From the human T2T-CHM13v2.0 reference genome, Homo sapiens: a stretch of 64,000 nucleotides of DNA. Numbering within the stretch: the stretch's first letter is position 1; the number at the start of each line of letters is the position of its first letter. Both the position numbers and the translations under genes were made by a program. The notes beneath the pieces were generated by a model that saw only the letters and a program-made list of their open reading frames with translations, ran no database searches and was not told where the DNA came from. The DNA is taken from assembly GCF_009914755.1 (NCBI RefSeq), contig NC_060943.1; one strand, given 5' to 3'. Below are positions 13,341-26,251 of the stretch, piece by piece.

Positions 13341-14927
13341 TCACACTGGCTGTGGTGGGAGGGCCTGAGGTGGGGGGTGAGGGGGCAAGGGTACTACATC
13401 GGGGGCCCAGGGGGACAAGGACTAGGGTGGCCCCCCGTGCTGGGCTTTCCCAGCAAAAGCTCTGGCCCTCGGGACCCTTCTTGTCCCTCCATTCTGCCTC
13501 TAGGGGCAGGTTCCTGTCACCTGTGGCCAAGGGCCCAGCCTGGGTCTACTCTGTAGCCCATGGTGTGTCCACCCTGAACAGCCTATGCTTCTGGGCCCAG
13601 GGAAACCTAGCCAAATCCCTGGGCACCAGGAGAAACATGCACGTCTCCCCAGTAGCAGACACCAGGAGACTCTGTGGGCTCTGGCCCTGAGGCTCAGACC
13701 CAAACCCTGGCTCAGAGCTCCGATGGGGTTTTGCTGCTGTGGTGCAGTGGGGAAGCCCGAGGCTGAAAAGAGGGGTCCCTGCACATCCCAGAATGGGGAT
13801 GAAACACCCCTGGAGCTGCTGCAGGGAGCAAAGGTTTCTGGGGAGAAGGTGCGGCTGGCACGGCCCCACGAGCTGGCTGGCAGGGGTTCGGGGCCCCGCC
13901 TGCCAACAGCAGTGGCACCATCTCCAGGGGAGCCAGATGTCCAACTCCCGGCTTCAAATCCAACTCATCTCTGCCGCATGTTTGTGGGGCAAAGGCCACC
14001 AAAGAGAGAACTTCCTAAGCACAGAGCTTTGGGGGCCACACAGGCTCTGTGGGGCTCTGGAGCATGGCCCCTAGGAAGGAGGCCCTTAGAGAGCTCTCCA
14101 CGTAGAGCCTCAGCAGCCCACGGGTGCGCCCGTCCCATCCCCGGACTCTGTGGAATCCCAGCATCAGCCTCTCCTCATGGTAGCTTCCACTGCTGGACTT
14201 GGCTTGAGCACCAGATAAGGACTCGAGGCCGGTGAGGCCTCCTGCCCTGGCCCCATGGGGGCTGGGTTTGGGCAGGCCACGTGCTGGCAGAGGCCGGGGC
14301 CCCAGGACACTCTGGCCAGGCACGTGGCGGGGGGCCCCTATCAATGTGCAGCTCACTGGCTGGAGAGGGCGCCCAGCAAGTCCCTGCGGCACCTCCTGGA
14401 GAGGTCCAGCCCCACCAGGCGGAGTGACCTTGGCTCCCGAGGGCCTCCCTGCCAGGCTTGCCTTGGCGCAGAGCCAGAGCCTGCTCTGCATGGTCCCGAT
14501 CACTGCTGTGGGAGGGGCCGGGGAGACCCTGAGCTGGCGAGGGCTGGGCTGTGAGAAGCAGGGTTCTGAACCTCTGTGGCTGGCGGAGGGCAGATGATGG
14601 GCTCGGCTGGCGAACAGGGATGAGAGTCCACACTGGGACACAGGCCATCACCCCCGACACACTGGGCACAAGTCCTTCATGTTGGGACCCCTTTAAGTGC
14701 CAGAGTTGGCCACTGTGGTGCTGGGGTCTCAGGCGGGCTGGGGGTGCACGGCTTTGGGCAGGCAGTATGGCTGTTGCCCGCCATTCACAGCACAGCGCCC
14801 CAGCCACGGCAGCAGCCTAAGGGTGGCAGGGGTGGAGATGCCCAGACCTGCCCCCACCCCCCACACAGAGCAGGGATCCTCCTCAGAGCCCAGCTCCCCA
14901 TCAGCCCAGCCTCCTAGGGGCTGAGGT

Positions 14928-15099
14928 GGGGGCGGCCGTCCCGGGGTCTGGGGTCTGGCGTGGGGGAGGCCGTCCCGGGGTCTGGGGTCTGGCGTCGGGG
15001 AGGCCGTCCCGGGGTCTGGGGTCTGGCGTGGGGGAGGGCCCGGGGTCTGGGGTCTGGCGTGGGGGAGAGCCCGGGGTCTGGCGTGGGGGAGAGCCCGGG
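14928..15099 (+). repeat. G-rich minisatellite, ~34 bp unit GGGGGAGGCCGTCCCGGGGTCTGGGGTCTGGCGT, ~5.5 copies with shorter terminal units
   Basis: Tandem units directly visible. Confidence 0.93.
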
Positions 15100-15255
15100 C
15101 AGACCTGGGGCAACTCTGGCTGCAGCTGCCCTGTATCTGGGGCAGCCCTGGGCACACACACCCCTGGCTGGCCCAGCCCGCACCCCTGGCTTTTCTGAGG
15201 GGCACAACATCCCGGAAAAGGACACCTGGATAACTGCAGCCCACTTGGCCGCTCC

Positions 15256-15332
15256 CCCGCCTCCGTGAGCCTCAGCGGCCGCTGGTCAAACAGCCCCACC
15301 TCCGTGAGCCTCAGCTGCCGCTGGTCAAACAA
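15256..15332 (+). repeat. 39 bp tandem duplication (CCTCCGTGAGCCTCAGC[G/T]GCCGCTGGTCAAACA...)
   Basis: Copies start at 15260 and 15299, one mismatch in the core. Confidence 0.9.
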
Positions 15333-18300
15333 ACAAACAGCCACAAGGCAGGCCCCGGGGGGTTGCTCTCAGAGCCTCTGTGTCACCTGGGGGCTGGAGG
15401 CAGCACCCCGGACAGTGGCATTGGCCACCATTCCTCCATCGCGCATGACCAGCCAGCCCTGGTTCCACACTTGACATTCACTTGTTCCTGGGGGTGTGCG
15501 CCAAGCCTGCCCAGCCTCTGCTGCTGCTCTTCTCTGAGAACCCAGCCCGGACAATCCTGGCCCACCTCGCCCTTCCTCTCTGCTGCTGCATCCTCCAGAG
15601 GCCAGACCACCCCAAGGCACACAGGCCGTTTTACCTCAGGCCCTTTGCTATGGCCTGTGCCAGGCCTTGACCTGTGATGCCTCATCCAAGGGGTCTCTGC
15701 ATAAAAGCTGTCCCCTCTCAGAGGAGACCTTCCTGCCTTGCTGTCCCAGGCCTGGTGATTTCTCCTTGCACGGTCCATCCAGCCTGCAGCCGTCCCCTGG
15801 ACGGATCTGCTCGTTTGCTTCTCATGTCTCACTCCGAGGGTGGGGGTCTCCCGAGGGCACCGCTGGGCCTGGCATAAAGTGAGTGCCCCTCAGGTCTCCC
15901 AACAGCCTGCAAAGTTGGCACATGGGGCTGGGAGGCCTCCTGTGAGTGGCTCGTGCCCCAAGCCCAGCTCAACTGCTTCCTCTTGGACGCGCCCTTCTCT
16001 GGTCACCAAAGGGGAGCCCCGGGAAGTGCAGCCAGCTTTCCAACCAGGCTAACTTCAGCAGTGGGCTACGTTCTTGGCCCAGCCTCCGCAGAGGGCGGGA
16101 ATCAGGTATAAATCATGCTCTGCGGTGGCCCTTCCCGGGGGCAGGCCCGGCGCCGCCCAGATGTGCCGGCCCGGGGGTCCCCTTGGCGCCGCTGGTCTTC
16201 CTTGCCTGTGCACCCTCGGGGAAGGCCTTGCACACAGCTCTCTTGGCCGGGAGCAGGGAGTTTCTGCCTGTGTGTGGTTAGGGTTGTGACAGTGATTCAA
16301 CCTCCAGCAACTTGGCCCCAGCCTCTGGCCCGGATGGTGGTTACGACACCCACCGCCTGGGCGGGGGCCCCTGGAGTGTGTGAGGGTCACTGTCCTTGCA
16401 CTAGGCTGGCAGGGTGGGCACCAACTTGAGGGTTCCCTTGCTGGCCTGGGCCCACTCTCAGGCTCCTCCCACCCTGGCAGCCTGGAGACACCGTCAAGCT
16501 CTCTAGTCCAGGCTGGAAGGCACCCCCGGCCCCTAGCCAGCCTATACCCAGATGCCACACTGAGAATCACACAGCAGAAATTGGGCACCAGCTGCCCTGC
16601 GTGCCCCAACCCCCAGCAAGCACCAAACCTCATTCTGGCTTTCCCGAAGCACCCCTGCACCTGCCCCACCCCTCCTGGAGTCTGCCTGGCTCCCTCCTCC
16701 GCTGCACACCCCTTGGATGCCTGGGCCATCTCTTTAGAACGAACGGGGCAAACAGGGCCATTCCCGGCCCCGGACGAAGCCCAGGTTCTCAGCTTGGCCT
16801 GGTCTCCAGCCTCTCCCTCACCCACTCCTGGGTGGGGTGGCTGGACCAAGGCCACGGGTCCCAAGAACTGGCCCTCCCTACCTGCTGTTTCCTTAGCTGG
16901 GGCCACCTCCTCCAAGCCCGTTTTCCCAGATGTGCTCCCATTCCTCCTGTGGGCCTCTGTGGTGAGGCTCCTCCTCCAGGAAGCCCTCTCTGATTACCCC
17001 TTCCTGTACTTTGAGAATTCACGGAACACACAGCACAGCTGGGCCTGGTTATGACCTCTGGGCCTTGCAAGGGTGGTGCCCGTACTCTGCTCTGTGCCTG
17101 GCATGCTGCGGATGCTTGGTAAACGCCTGGAAGGAGAGGAGCCCCAGCTTCTCTCATGGCTCTCCTGCAGCCAGTGTTGTGCCCCATCCCCCACTCCTCT
17201 GTGTACTCAGACCCTAGAACGGGCAGGGTGGCCTCTAGGTTAGTGTCCCATCATGCGCCTCATGAAATGGCAGGGCTCAGAGGAACAAGCCCCGCTGCTC
17301 CTGCCACCCAGGCCCCAGGTGTGGCCAGCGTAGCCCCTGAGTGGTCTTCTGGGTCCACTTGGTCTCCTCAGGCAGCACCCGCTCCTGCTGGGCCTAGGGC
17401 CCAGGCCAGCTCCTTGGAGCCTCAAAGCATCCATCACAGCCCCGAGGCCTCCTACCCGGAGTGTGACAGCCCCAGGGGGCTCCCGGGCCTGACCGAGCTA
17501 CAAAGGCAGCATCCTCAGAGCTGCCTCCAGACAAAGAGCGCACTTCATCTGTGGAACATGGCCCTCGGGATGGATGGGAGTGAGCCAGGCTCTAGGGGTG
17601 TAGGACAGCAGGCTCCGGCCGGGGTCCCAGGGCAGGCCCTGAGGGCTGGCTGAGCTGGCACGGGGCTGAGGACCTCCAGCTCACCCCACCCTGCACGGGA
17701 CGTGAGTAGAAGAACCCCATCTGCTGCCAGAAATTCTGGGGACCCACTCACCCTGCGTGAGAGCAGGGTGCTGTGTTGGCCCAGGCTGCTCCTCGAGTCT
17801 CCTCCCCCACACCCTGGCAGAGTGCCCCGAGGAGTAAGAAGAGGCCAAGGAACTGGCTCACCATTGCGGCCGGCAGGAGGGGTGGACATGGTGCCCACAC
17901 TGAAAACAGTCCTCCCCGTCCTGGCACCTGCCGCAGAGGGTATCTATGACTGGGGTGGCACATGGCCGCCATGCCTATCTGCCTGAGCCCTGCACTCCAC
18001 GCCGTCTCGGAGGATGAGGACTGACCGGAAGTCTAGCTGCTGGGCCCCTGCCCCTGGCGCTGGCTGGGAGGGGAGCAAAGCTGGCAGAGGTGCCCCCTGA
18101 CCACGGGGCCACAGGAGACACATGCCAGGTGGGCCGGGGCGGGTGCTGCTGGGCCCCTCTCCCAGCCACCTGGTCATCCCGCGCCTCAGTGCCCCTCTCT
18201 CGCCCCGTCAGGACTGTTTTGGAGGTGGGGACACTTCCTGCCACTTCTTTCCCCTCCTCTGACCTCACATCGGCAGCACCCCCGTCACTCACAAGTGGCC

Positions 18301-20756
18301 AGGACCCTGAGGGCAGGGACAGAGCCAGGAGCGGGGGAACGAAACACAAAAGAGCTCATGAATCGTGGGCCACCATTGCTGTTCCAGGTTGATAGGAGCT
18401 GGGCCCCCAGTGACAGGGGCACAGGAGGCTCCTGGGTGAGCACAGGAAAGAGTAGAGAAAGGCGGGGAGGCCAGGGAGGGTGGGGGGGTGAGGAGAGAGG
18501 GAGCTGGGTCGGGGCTGGGAGGCGAGGCTACAGGAGGCTCTGGGGCTTGCAGGCGGAGGGCATGGGGCCCTCAGTGCTGGGGTCCTCTGGAGCTCCAGGG
18601 TGGCTGCAGGGACTGAGCCCGCGGGACAGGGACAGCTGTGCTGCTTCTAGGAACAGCCTTCCTGCTGTGGCTGTGCCAATGCAGACCCTGACTCAGGGCC
18701 ACCCTGCCGGGCTCGCCCATCCGTCCCAGCAGCGCCTCCCCCCATTCCCCTCACCATGCATGCAGGGGTCTGCATGGGGTGGGCAGCCTGCCCCAACACA
18801 GGAGCCGCGCTGAGCTTGGATCCCACCCAACCTCCCGTGCATGGCACTCCCCGAGGTCCTGCAGCTGCTGGGCCTGCCCTGCCACCCGCCTGTGGACTCC
18901 CAGCCGCCAGGGTAGGGTCCCCGTCTGAGCGAGCGCAGCCTCCTTCCTCGCCGACTGTGAATGACAGTGAGGAATGCTCCCCCACCAGCCCTAGGATCAG
19001 GGGCCAAGGCCTGCATTCCTCAACCCCCCAGGGTCCTGACCATTCTTTCCTGCCTCTCCTTTGGGCTTAGCTATGGGGTTTCCTGCTTTATTTACTCTCC
19101 CTGGAAGGTCACAGGATGCAGTCGGGCAGTCTCGGTGGGGTGTTTGTCTTGGCCCAGGAATTGAACCCACGAACCCAGGGCATTTCCGCTGGGACAAGGC
19201 AGGGGGCTGACCTGGCCACGGCCTCCTCGATGCTACGGGAGGCGACCTGCCCCATCCGGAGGGCAGCTCTGTGGGCCCAGGGCCTGCCCCACGGGCCTTC
19301 ACTGTGTGTGATCCAGATGGAGTCCAACTCTGCCCTTGGGGGACACCAATGCCACACAGCTCAGTGTGGGTGGTAGGTGTGGGGGGGCTGCTGGGGGGCT
19401 GCTCCATTCCCTTACACAGGGATCCTCCAGACCCCAGGCTGGGTCTGGGCAGCGAAGCCCAGTGGTGGGTGGGAGCGGGGCTGGGGGAGGACCTGCCTCC
19501 CATGGTCTGAGATGAGCCTAGCTGGATTTGGCCTGGTGGCCCCAGACACCCCTGCCAGGCCTGAGGCCTGTGCCTGCCCCAAGAGTCAGCATGAACCAGG
19601 CAGCACCACGGGATGGGAGACCCAGCTCAGGCCTTTCTCAGTGCCACATGGGGCCTGGGGACTTGCCCCGAGGTCTGGCCACTTTCTGGACAGAATTGGG
19701 GCTGCTGAGTTGGGCCAGGGAGCTGGCCAGGATGCCAGCTGTGGAGATGCCACCCAGGTCCTGCCCAGGCCGCAGCAGGCTTTCCTGCAGGTGAGGCCAG
19801 CCAGGGCTGGGCCATCCCTGGTTTCAGCACAGGAGACTGAGGGGTAAGACAATGGCTTTCCCACCAAACACCCCCCAGGCCTTGGCCCCTATGCTGCGTC
19901 AATCCGCCGCCCTGCTCCCCGTGGCCTGGTGCTACCTCTGGCACCCTGATGGGCCCGGCACTGCCTGCTGACCAAGCTGAGCTCCTCAGCCTGATGCTTG
20001 GGTGTACAGGGTTGCTGGGCTTGGTGGGCCCCCGCCCCTCACAGGCTGCAAAGCTCTGCTTCGCCGCTGGGAGGCTCAGCCCCTTGCAGCCTGGGGCTCT
20101 GACTTTCTGGACATCTGGATTTCACGACTGCCCGTGGATGTCTGACACTACCACTTGATGTGATGGTGACACAGTTCGCAATGACACAGCCCACCTTGGC
20201 ACAGCTACAGAGTGGGAGGCCAGCCCTGTACGTGGAGGGTGTCTGAGAGACTCTGGCCCACCTGAGAGGCTGTGCCCGGCGGAGGGCTCTCCGTGGAGGG
20301 TACAGGAGCTGGGCTCACAGATACTAGGTGAATACACCACAGGCCACGCTCACCTGCCAAATCCTCCTGCTGGATCTGAAACACTGATCATTCATTCGAG
20401 TGACTAGTGGTATTTAAAACTGAGCAAGAAATTCTCATCCCCAGAATGAAGGAAGGAGGAGGAGTGGCGCCCCTGGGCGACTGCTTCGTGGAGGCTGGAT
20501 TGGATTTGACAGCTAACGGGGGATGCTTCCCATGGCTGAAGAGTCAGAAAGAATAAGAAGGGACGCAGCAAGCAAACTGTCCCGTCCCTTCCTGCACCTC
20601 CTTTATGGTTTTCACAGGCGCACGGGAATTCACGCTCTCACTCCCTCTTCCTTTTACCCACAAGGGCCCGCTGGCCATACCCTCTGGCGCTCTTCTGTCC
20701 TCACCCACCCATCTGCCTGGAGACACCTGTATATTCATACTCAGGGGTGGCAGCTC

Positions 20757-21053
20757 CTTTTTGTTTGTTTTTTGAGACAGGGTCTCACTCCATCACCCAG
20801 GCTGGAGTGCAGTGGTGTGATCTTGGCTCACTGCAACCTCCGCCTCCTAGGTTCAAGCGATTCGATTCTCGTGCCTTGGCCTCCCGAGTAGCTGGGATTA
20901 CAGGCATGAACCATCACGCCCAGCTAATTTGTGTAATTTTAGTAGAGACAGGGTTTCTCCATGTTGCCCATGCTGGTCTTCAACTCCTGACCTCAAGTGA
21001 TCCGCCCGCCTCCCAAGTGCTGGGATTATAAGTGTGAGCCACAGAGCCCGGCC
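20757..21053 (-). mobile_element. Alu
   Basis: ttttttgagacagggtctcactc...gtgtgagccacagagcccggcc. Confidence 0.93.
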
Positions 21054-23019
21054 TGCTGCTTTTTAAGCAAAGCAATTCCGCAGAAAATGCTGTTTTCCTC
21101 GGCAGCTGCTAAACCAGGTGAGTCCGATCAGCGCTGTCACCCCATCACAAGCTTATTGACTTTTGGATTTTCTGTCCTGTCTTCCTTTTGGGGCACATCT
21201 GGGGTCCCCCTGCTTGCACTCATGCGTTTGTCAAGCTCTGTTCCTGTTGGATGCGTGAAGGTGTGGGGCTGGGGCCTGGCACTGCCCCCAGCGTCCCTCC
21301 GCGGCTCCTCAGCCTCTGGTGGGGGCTCTGGAGGCTGGACTGGGCACCATCTGCAAAGGCCTGCCCACAGTCTGCCTCCTCTGAAAGCGACGGTGGCTGA
21401 GGGCCCCTCTGAAGCACACTTGGGCCGGCGATCGAGGCTGCAACTCATCCCAGCAACGGGCTGTGGGGCCGCAGGGACTGCTCAGTCGACCGCCGAGCCA
21501 TCAAGTTCTGAGGCCGCATTCTGGAGGCTCCAGATCTTTCTTTCTTCTTTTTTCCTTGAACACTGAGGGCGCACTTGGCAGCTGCCAGCTCTCTGTGGGT
21601 CCTTAACAGAGGGCACTCCATGTCTAACTAGATGCCACGGTCCAGAGCTGGCCAGGCCCGCTCTGAAGTGGACTCTGCCTTGGGAGAGCAGGGGTCTATC
21701 CTTCGCCTGTTTGGGGCTTAAGTAAGGTACCTGGCCAGCAGGCGGCAGAGCTGGGGCTGGGCTCGGGGCACTCTGGGTCTGGGGCCTGCATCCTGGACTC
21801 TGAAGCCTTGCGCTACTGGGCTATCCCCTCTGCCCGCGGTAAGCCCACCTGGCTCCTGGAGGACGCCTGAGCTCCCCTACACAGGGGGCTGCCTTGGGCC
21901 TGCCTGTCTCTCTGGAGGTCTGTATAGCTGTGGGTGAGAGGCAGTGGGCGAGGGTGGGGGCAAGCTGGGGGGGCTGGACTATGACCTGGGCATGGCCAAC
22001 ACGAGGTGATCTCTGACCTCGACCCAGATGGAGGGACTCCAGGCTGCAGAAGGTGGCTGGGGCCTGTGTGCTGAGGGCGGGCCCTGGCCAGACGATCCAG
22101 CTGTGAGTACAGGGCCATTGTCCTGTGCCACTGCAGCCCTGGCCCCAGCCCAGACCTGATTTTCCACCTCTGTGAATTTGTGGCAGCCCCAAATGACCGA
22201 ATTGGCTGGAGACTGTTCTGTTGCTTATAACCAAAGATGCAGAACCTGCGTGCCTTGGGGGGCCAGCTGTGCCTGGGCCGGTGTGGGCAGGGAAAGCCCC
22301 TCTGCGCTGCAGGCTGGACCCTGGCAGCTGCCGAACAGATCTCAGTCAGAGTCGTGGGAGCCATGTGCCTGTAGAGGGCCAGGCCTAGGGGTTGGCCAGC
22401 ACATGGTGATCCCATAGGAACCTGCCCAGGCTCTGGTGAATCCAAGGATTACGGCAGGGGTGCTGTGTTGAAGCCCTGGAAGGCTTGAAGCAAGAACATG
22501 AGAAGACCACATCCCTCAATTCTCTCCTCTGGGCAAAGGTGACAAGCCAGGACCTCCCATCACTGCTGGGAAATGGTTTCTATTGTTGCAGGGCAGAGAG
22601 CTGGGGTTCGATCCTGTGGGTGCTAGACTCCACCCCTGCCAGGGCTATGGAGGACCCAGGGGTCACTCGGCAGGAGGCTGGCTGAGCGGGATGGGGACAG
22701 CGGGAGGTGCCCAGGGGGAACTCCTGAAAGCTGGCCTTGTTGGGAGGATGCTGGCTCCCCTCCAGGGGACCTCCTCTGCCTGCCCTGACAGACATCAACG
22801 GCGCGCGGTGGGAGGTCAAGAGGTACCAGTGGGGCCTGTGCAGGCTGCCTGGGGTTGGGAGGGCTGAGGGCAGGACAGGTTGGCCTACGCTGGCCGCTGG
22901 GAGAGAGAAACACCAGGCCCATCCTGGCCTCAACATGGCCATCATGGTGGTGACTGTGACCCCTGCAGGGCACTACCACAGGCCAGGCGGCCTTGCAGGT
23001 GCTTTACACAGCTTAACTC

Positions 23020-23135
23020 AGTCTCCATGAGTCGGCTGCTTCCCCATTTACAGATGTGGAAACGGCCACCCAGAGGAGGGCTTTCCATCCAAGGTCACAG
23101 AGCGCTGAGCGGCACGTGAACCTGCTCTGACCCCA
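23020..23135. mobile_element. MIR fragment
   Basis: ccccatttacagatgtggaaac...ccaaggtcacag resembles the MIR core. Confidence 0.6.
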
Positions 23136-23460
23136 TGCCAGTGTCCAGAGTGGGTTGAGCCCTCCCTGGAGTAGACACCGCTTAAGGACAAAGCAGGAGA
23201 CAGGCTGGCGTGCTAGTGGCCAGTGGAGATGCGCAGGTGGAGGCCAGCAGACCGGGGAGCCTTGGCCTGAGCCCCGCAATTCCTGGTTCTGTCTGTCCCT
23301 GCCTGGTGGTCAGCCTTGTTTCCTAGGAGTGACCCTGGAGACCTGACGCCACTGGAATCTCAGGGACTAAGCATCTGGAGTGTGGCAGATTCAAGTCACA
23401 CAATGCAGACCCGTTCCCTGCAGGCACCTGCCACATAGCAGCGCCCCCAACGCCACGTCA

Positions 23461-23964
<504 letters not shown>

Positions 23965-25779
23965 TCAGAGCCATGGAGAATTGTTTGGAGAACTAAGGAG
24001 AGGCAGAGATGCCCCAGGACCCCGCCCGCTGCCTGGCCTCCACCCGGCACCCCAACAGGCTCTCCCAGGTCTCCCTGCACCCAGCACAGAGCACAGGCTG
24101 AGGCCGTGCTTGTGGGAAGCAGAGGAGGAGGGGGCTGGGCAGGGACCCCGGATGGGATGCACGGCCTAGAACTCCGGGCCTGAATCACACCACCTGCTTC
24201 TTCCAGGACCCAGAGCATCTGGGCAGACACTCAGTCGGCGGCTAGGGCCTCTGGCTCTGCTGCAGCTCTGGGGCCCCCTAGCTGGAGGGGTGTGCCCGAC
24301 ACTACCCCTCTGCCCATGGGGATGGGACGGACATATTCTGCCAGGGCCCAAGGGGAGGGCAGGGAGGAAGTGCCAGACAGCCTCATGTCCAGCAAGGCTT
24401 TCCCAGGGCCTGCTGGCCACATGTCCCCGAAGCCAGGTGGGCCCCCTCACCCTGTCCACCTGCACCCTGGCACCCTCCGGTGGCAGGCAGAGACCAGCAG
24501 GACACAGGCAGGGGCGTGGAGAATGGGGCAGAGGTGCCAGCTGTCCAGGACGGGAGGGGCCTGGGGGCCAGCAGAGAGGCAGGATGGCATGGGACAGATG
24601 GCGTGGGACAGACAGTGTGGGACAGATGACAGGAGGCCTGCTGAGGCAGGAGGATGGTGGCTGGGGCTGCCCTCTGGATGCCCTGTAAGAGGGACCCTTG
24701 GCACAGCAGGGCCCGGAAGGAGTAGGGCCTGTCCTTGCTGTGCAAAGGACCTCAGGGCCCTCTCTGGGCAACGGCAGAGAAGCAGCCTCCCGCTCATCCT
24801 GTGGTGTGGAAGGGACAGGATACGGGAAGGGCTGCTGGATCCAAACCTGGCTCTCAGGACTCCCCGGAAGCAGCCCAGGTGGACAAGGCTGGGCCTGGCT
24901 GAGGGGGCGGAGGGGCGCAGGTGGTGCCCCTTTCCATCCATCCCACCTAGGCACCTCGGGAGGCTGCAGGCAGCAGACACAGAGCGGAACCCTCGGGTCC
25001 ACCAGCCCCTTCACAGGTCATGGCCAAGTCACGACACTGATGGTGATGACCCTGGCTGGCGGAGGCTGGTCTAGCCCTAGGACCAGAGCCCACCACGTCT
25101 GCAGGGTCCAGAACCAGAGCCAGGAGGGCTGAGGAAGTGCAGCTGCCCCTCTTTGGCTCCACCCTGGGCTTCCCATGGGGTCCATCTGTAGCTGGGTGAG
25201 TCCTGACAAGTCTGAGGCCAGGGGCACAGCCGCGGCTTCCGTCACGAGGGCCTCTCACCCAAATCCCAGCTCTCACGGTAAACACAACCACTCCACAAAC
25301 ATTCCAGAAGCTGCCTGTGCGCCTGCCTGTGGGGGGTCCTGTCCCATGGGAGGGAGCCAGGGGGTGGAGGACCCTGGCCTCATGTGGAGCAAGGAGCAGG
25401 GCCACGTGGCTGGACAGGCAGCGTCAGCCGCCCCATGGAGGCAGATTTCTAAAGGAAAAACTTGAATGCACGGCCAGGACGCTTTGCTGAAATCCAAAGT
25501 CCCCAGCCGGGCACTTTTTAATCTCCTGTCTTTTCTGATTGCAAAACACCATAAGCAGTGTCAACAGGGCAGAAAGGTCCAGATAACACCTCAGGTGACT
25601 CTCAGGCTGGGGGGAGGAGCCCCGCCTGCATGACAGGGAGCTTTGGGGTGGGTCAGAGTCACAGGATCTCTGGATGCAGTGGGCTGCTTAGGCCAACAAC
25701 TGCCTGGAAGTTTACTCCTGCACAGGGCCTAGGCTTCCCCACGGCTGGCCGGGAAGGCGGGGCACATGGAAGCTCTAAA

Positions 25780-25930
25780 CTGAAGGGAAACTGAGGCTCA
25801 GATCACGGGTCCAGGAAAGCCCTGAGTCAGGAGGGTAAACAACTCGAAGCCCAGCAATGGGTTCTTAGGTCCTGGCGGCAGTGCTCAACCTTCACGGCCT
25901 CAGTTTTTCCATCTGTAAAATGGGACCCTC
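25780..25930. mobile_element. MIR fragments
   Basis: gggaaactgaggctcaga and gcctcagtttttccatctgtaaaatggg. Confidence 0.55.
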
Positions 25931-26225
25931 CCACTGCTGTAGCTCTGGGGAGTGGAGCCATATGGAACACAGCCCAGTTTTGCCTGGGGACAGCTAAGCA
26001 TTTTCATTTAGGTTCCCCAGAGTCAACCAAGAAAAATGGTTTGTGGTTTGTTGGTTTTAGAACATGCAAGAATAGCCTGGGCAGAGAGGACAGGGCCAGG
26101 AGTATGGGGGACACGGATTCCTAGGAGGCGCCAAATCAGAAGGTGACCTGCAACAGCAGCCGGGGCAGAAAGTCCTACCAGACTGTGCTGACACAAAAGA
26201 AAAAGCAGAAACTGAACTATCGTTT

Positions 26226-26251
26226 AAAAAACAACAACAACAACAACAACC
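26226..26251 (+). repeat. (CAA)n microsatellite
   Basis: aaaaaacaacaacaacaacaacaac. Confidence 0.85.

Noticed and set aside
14729-15344. ORFs with repeated PTPDPRPR/PRQTP motifs
   Set aside because: Read-out of the minisatellite; the 34-bp unit is not a multiple of 3
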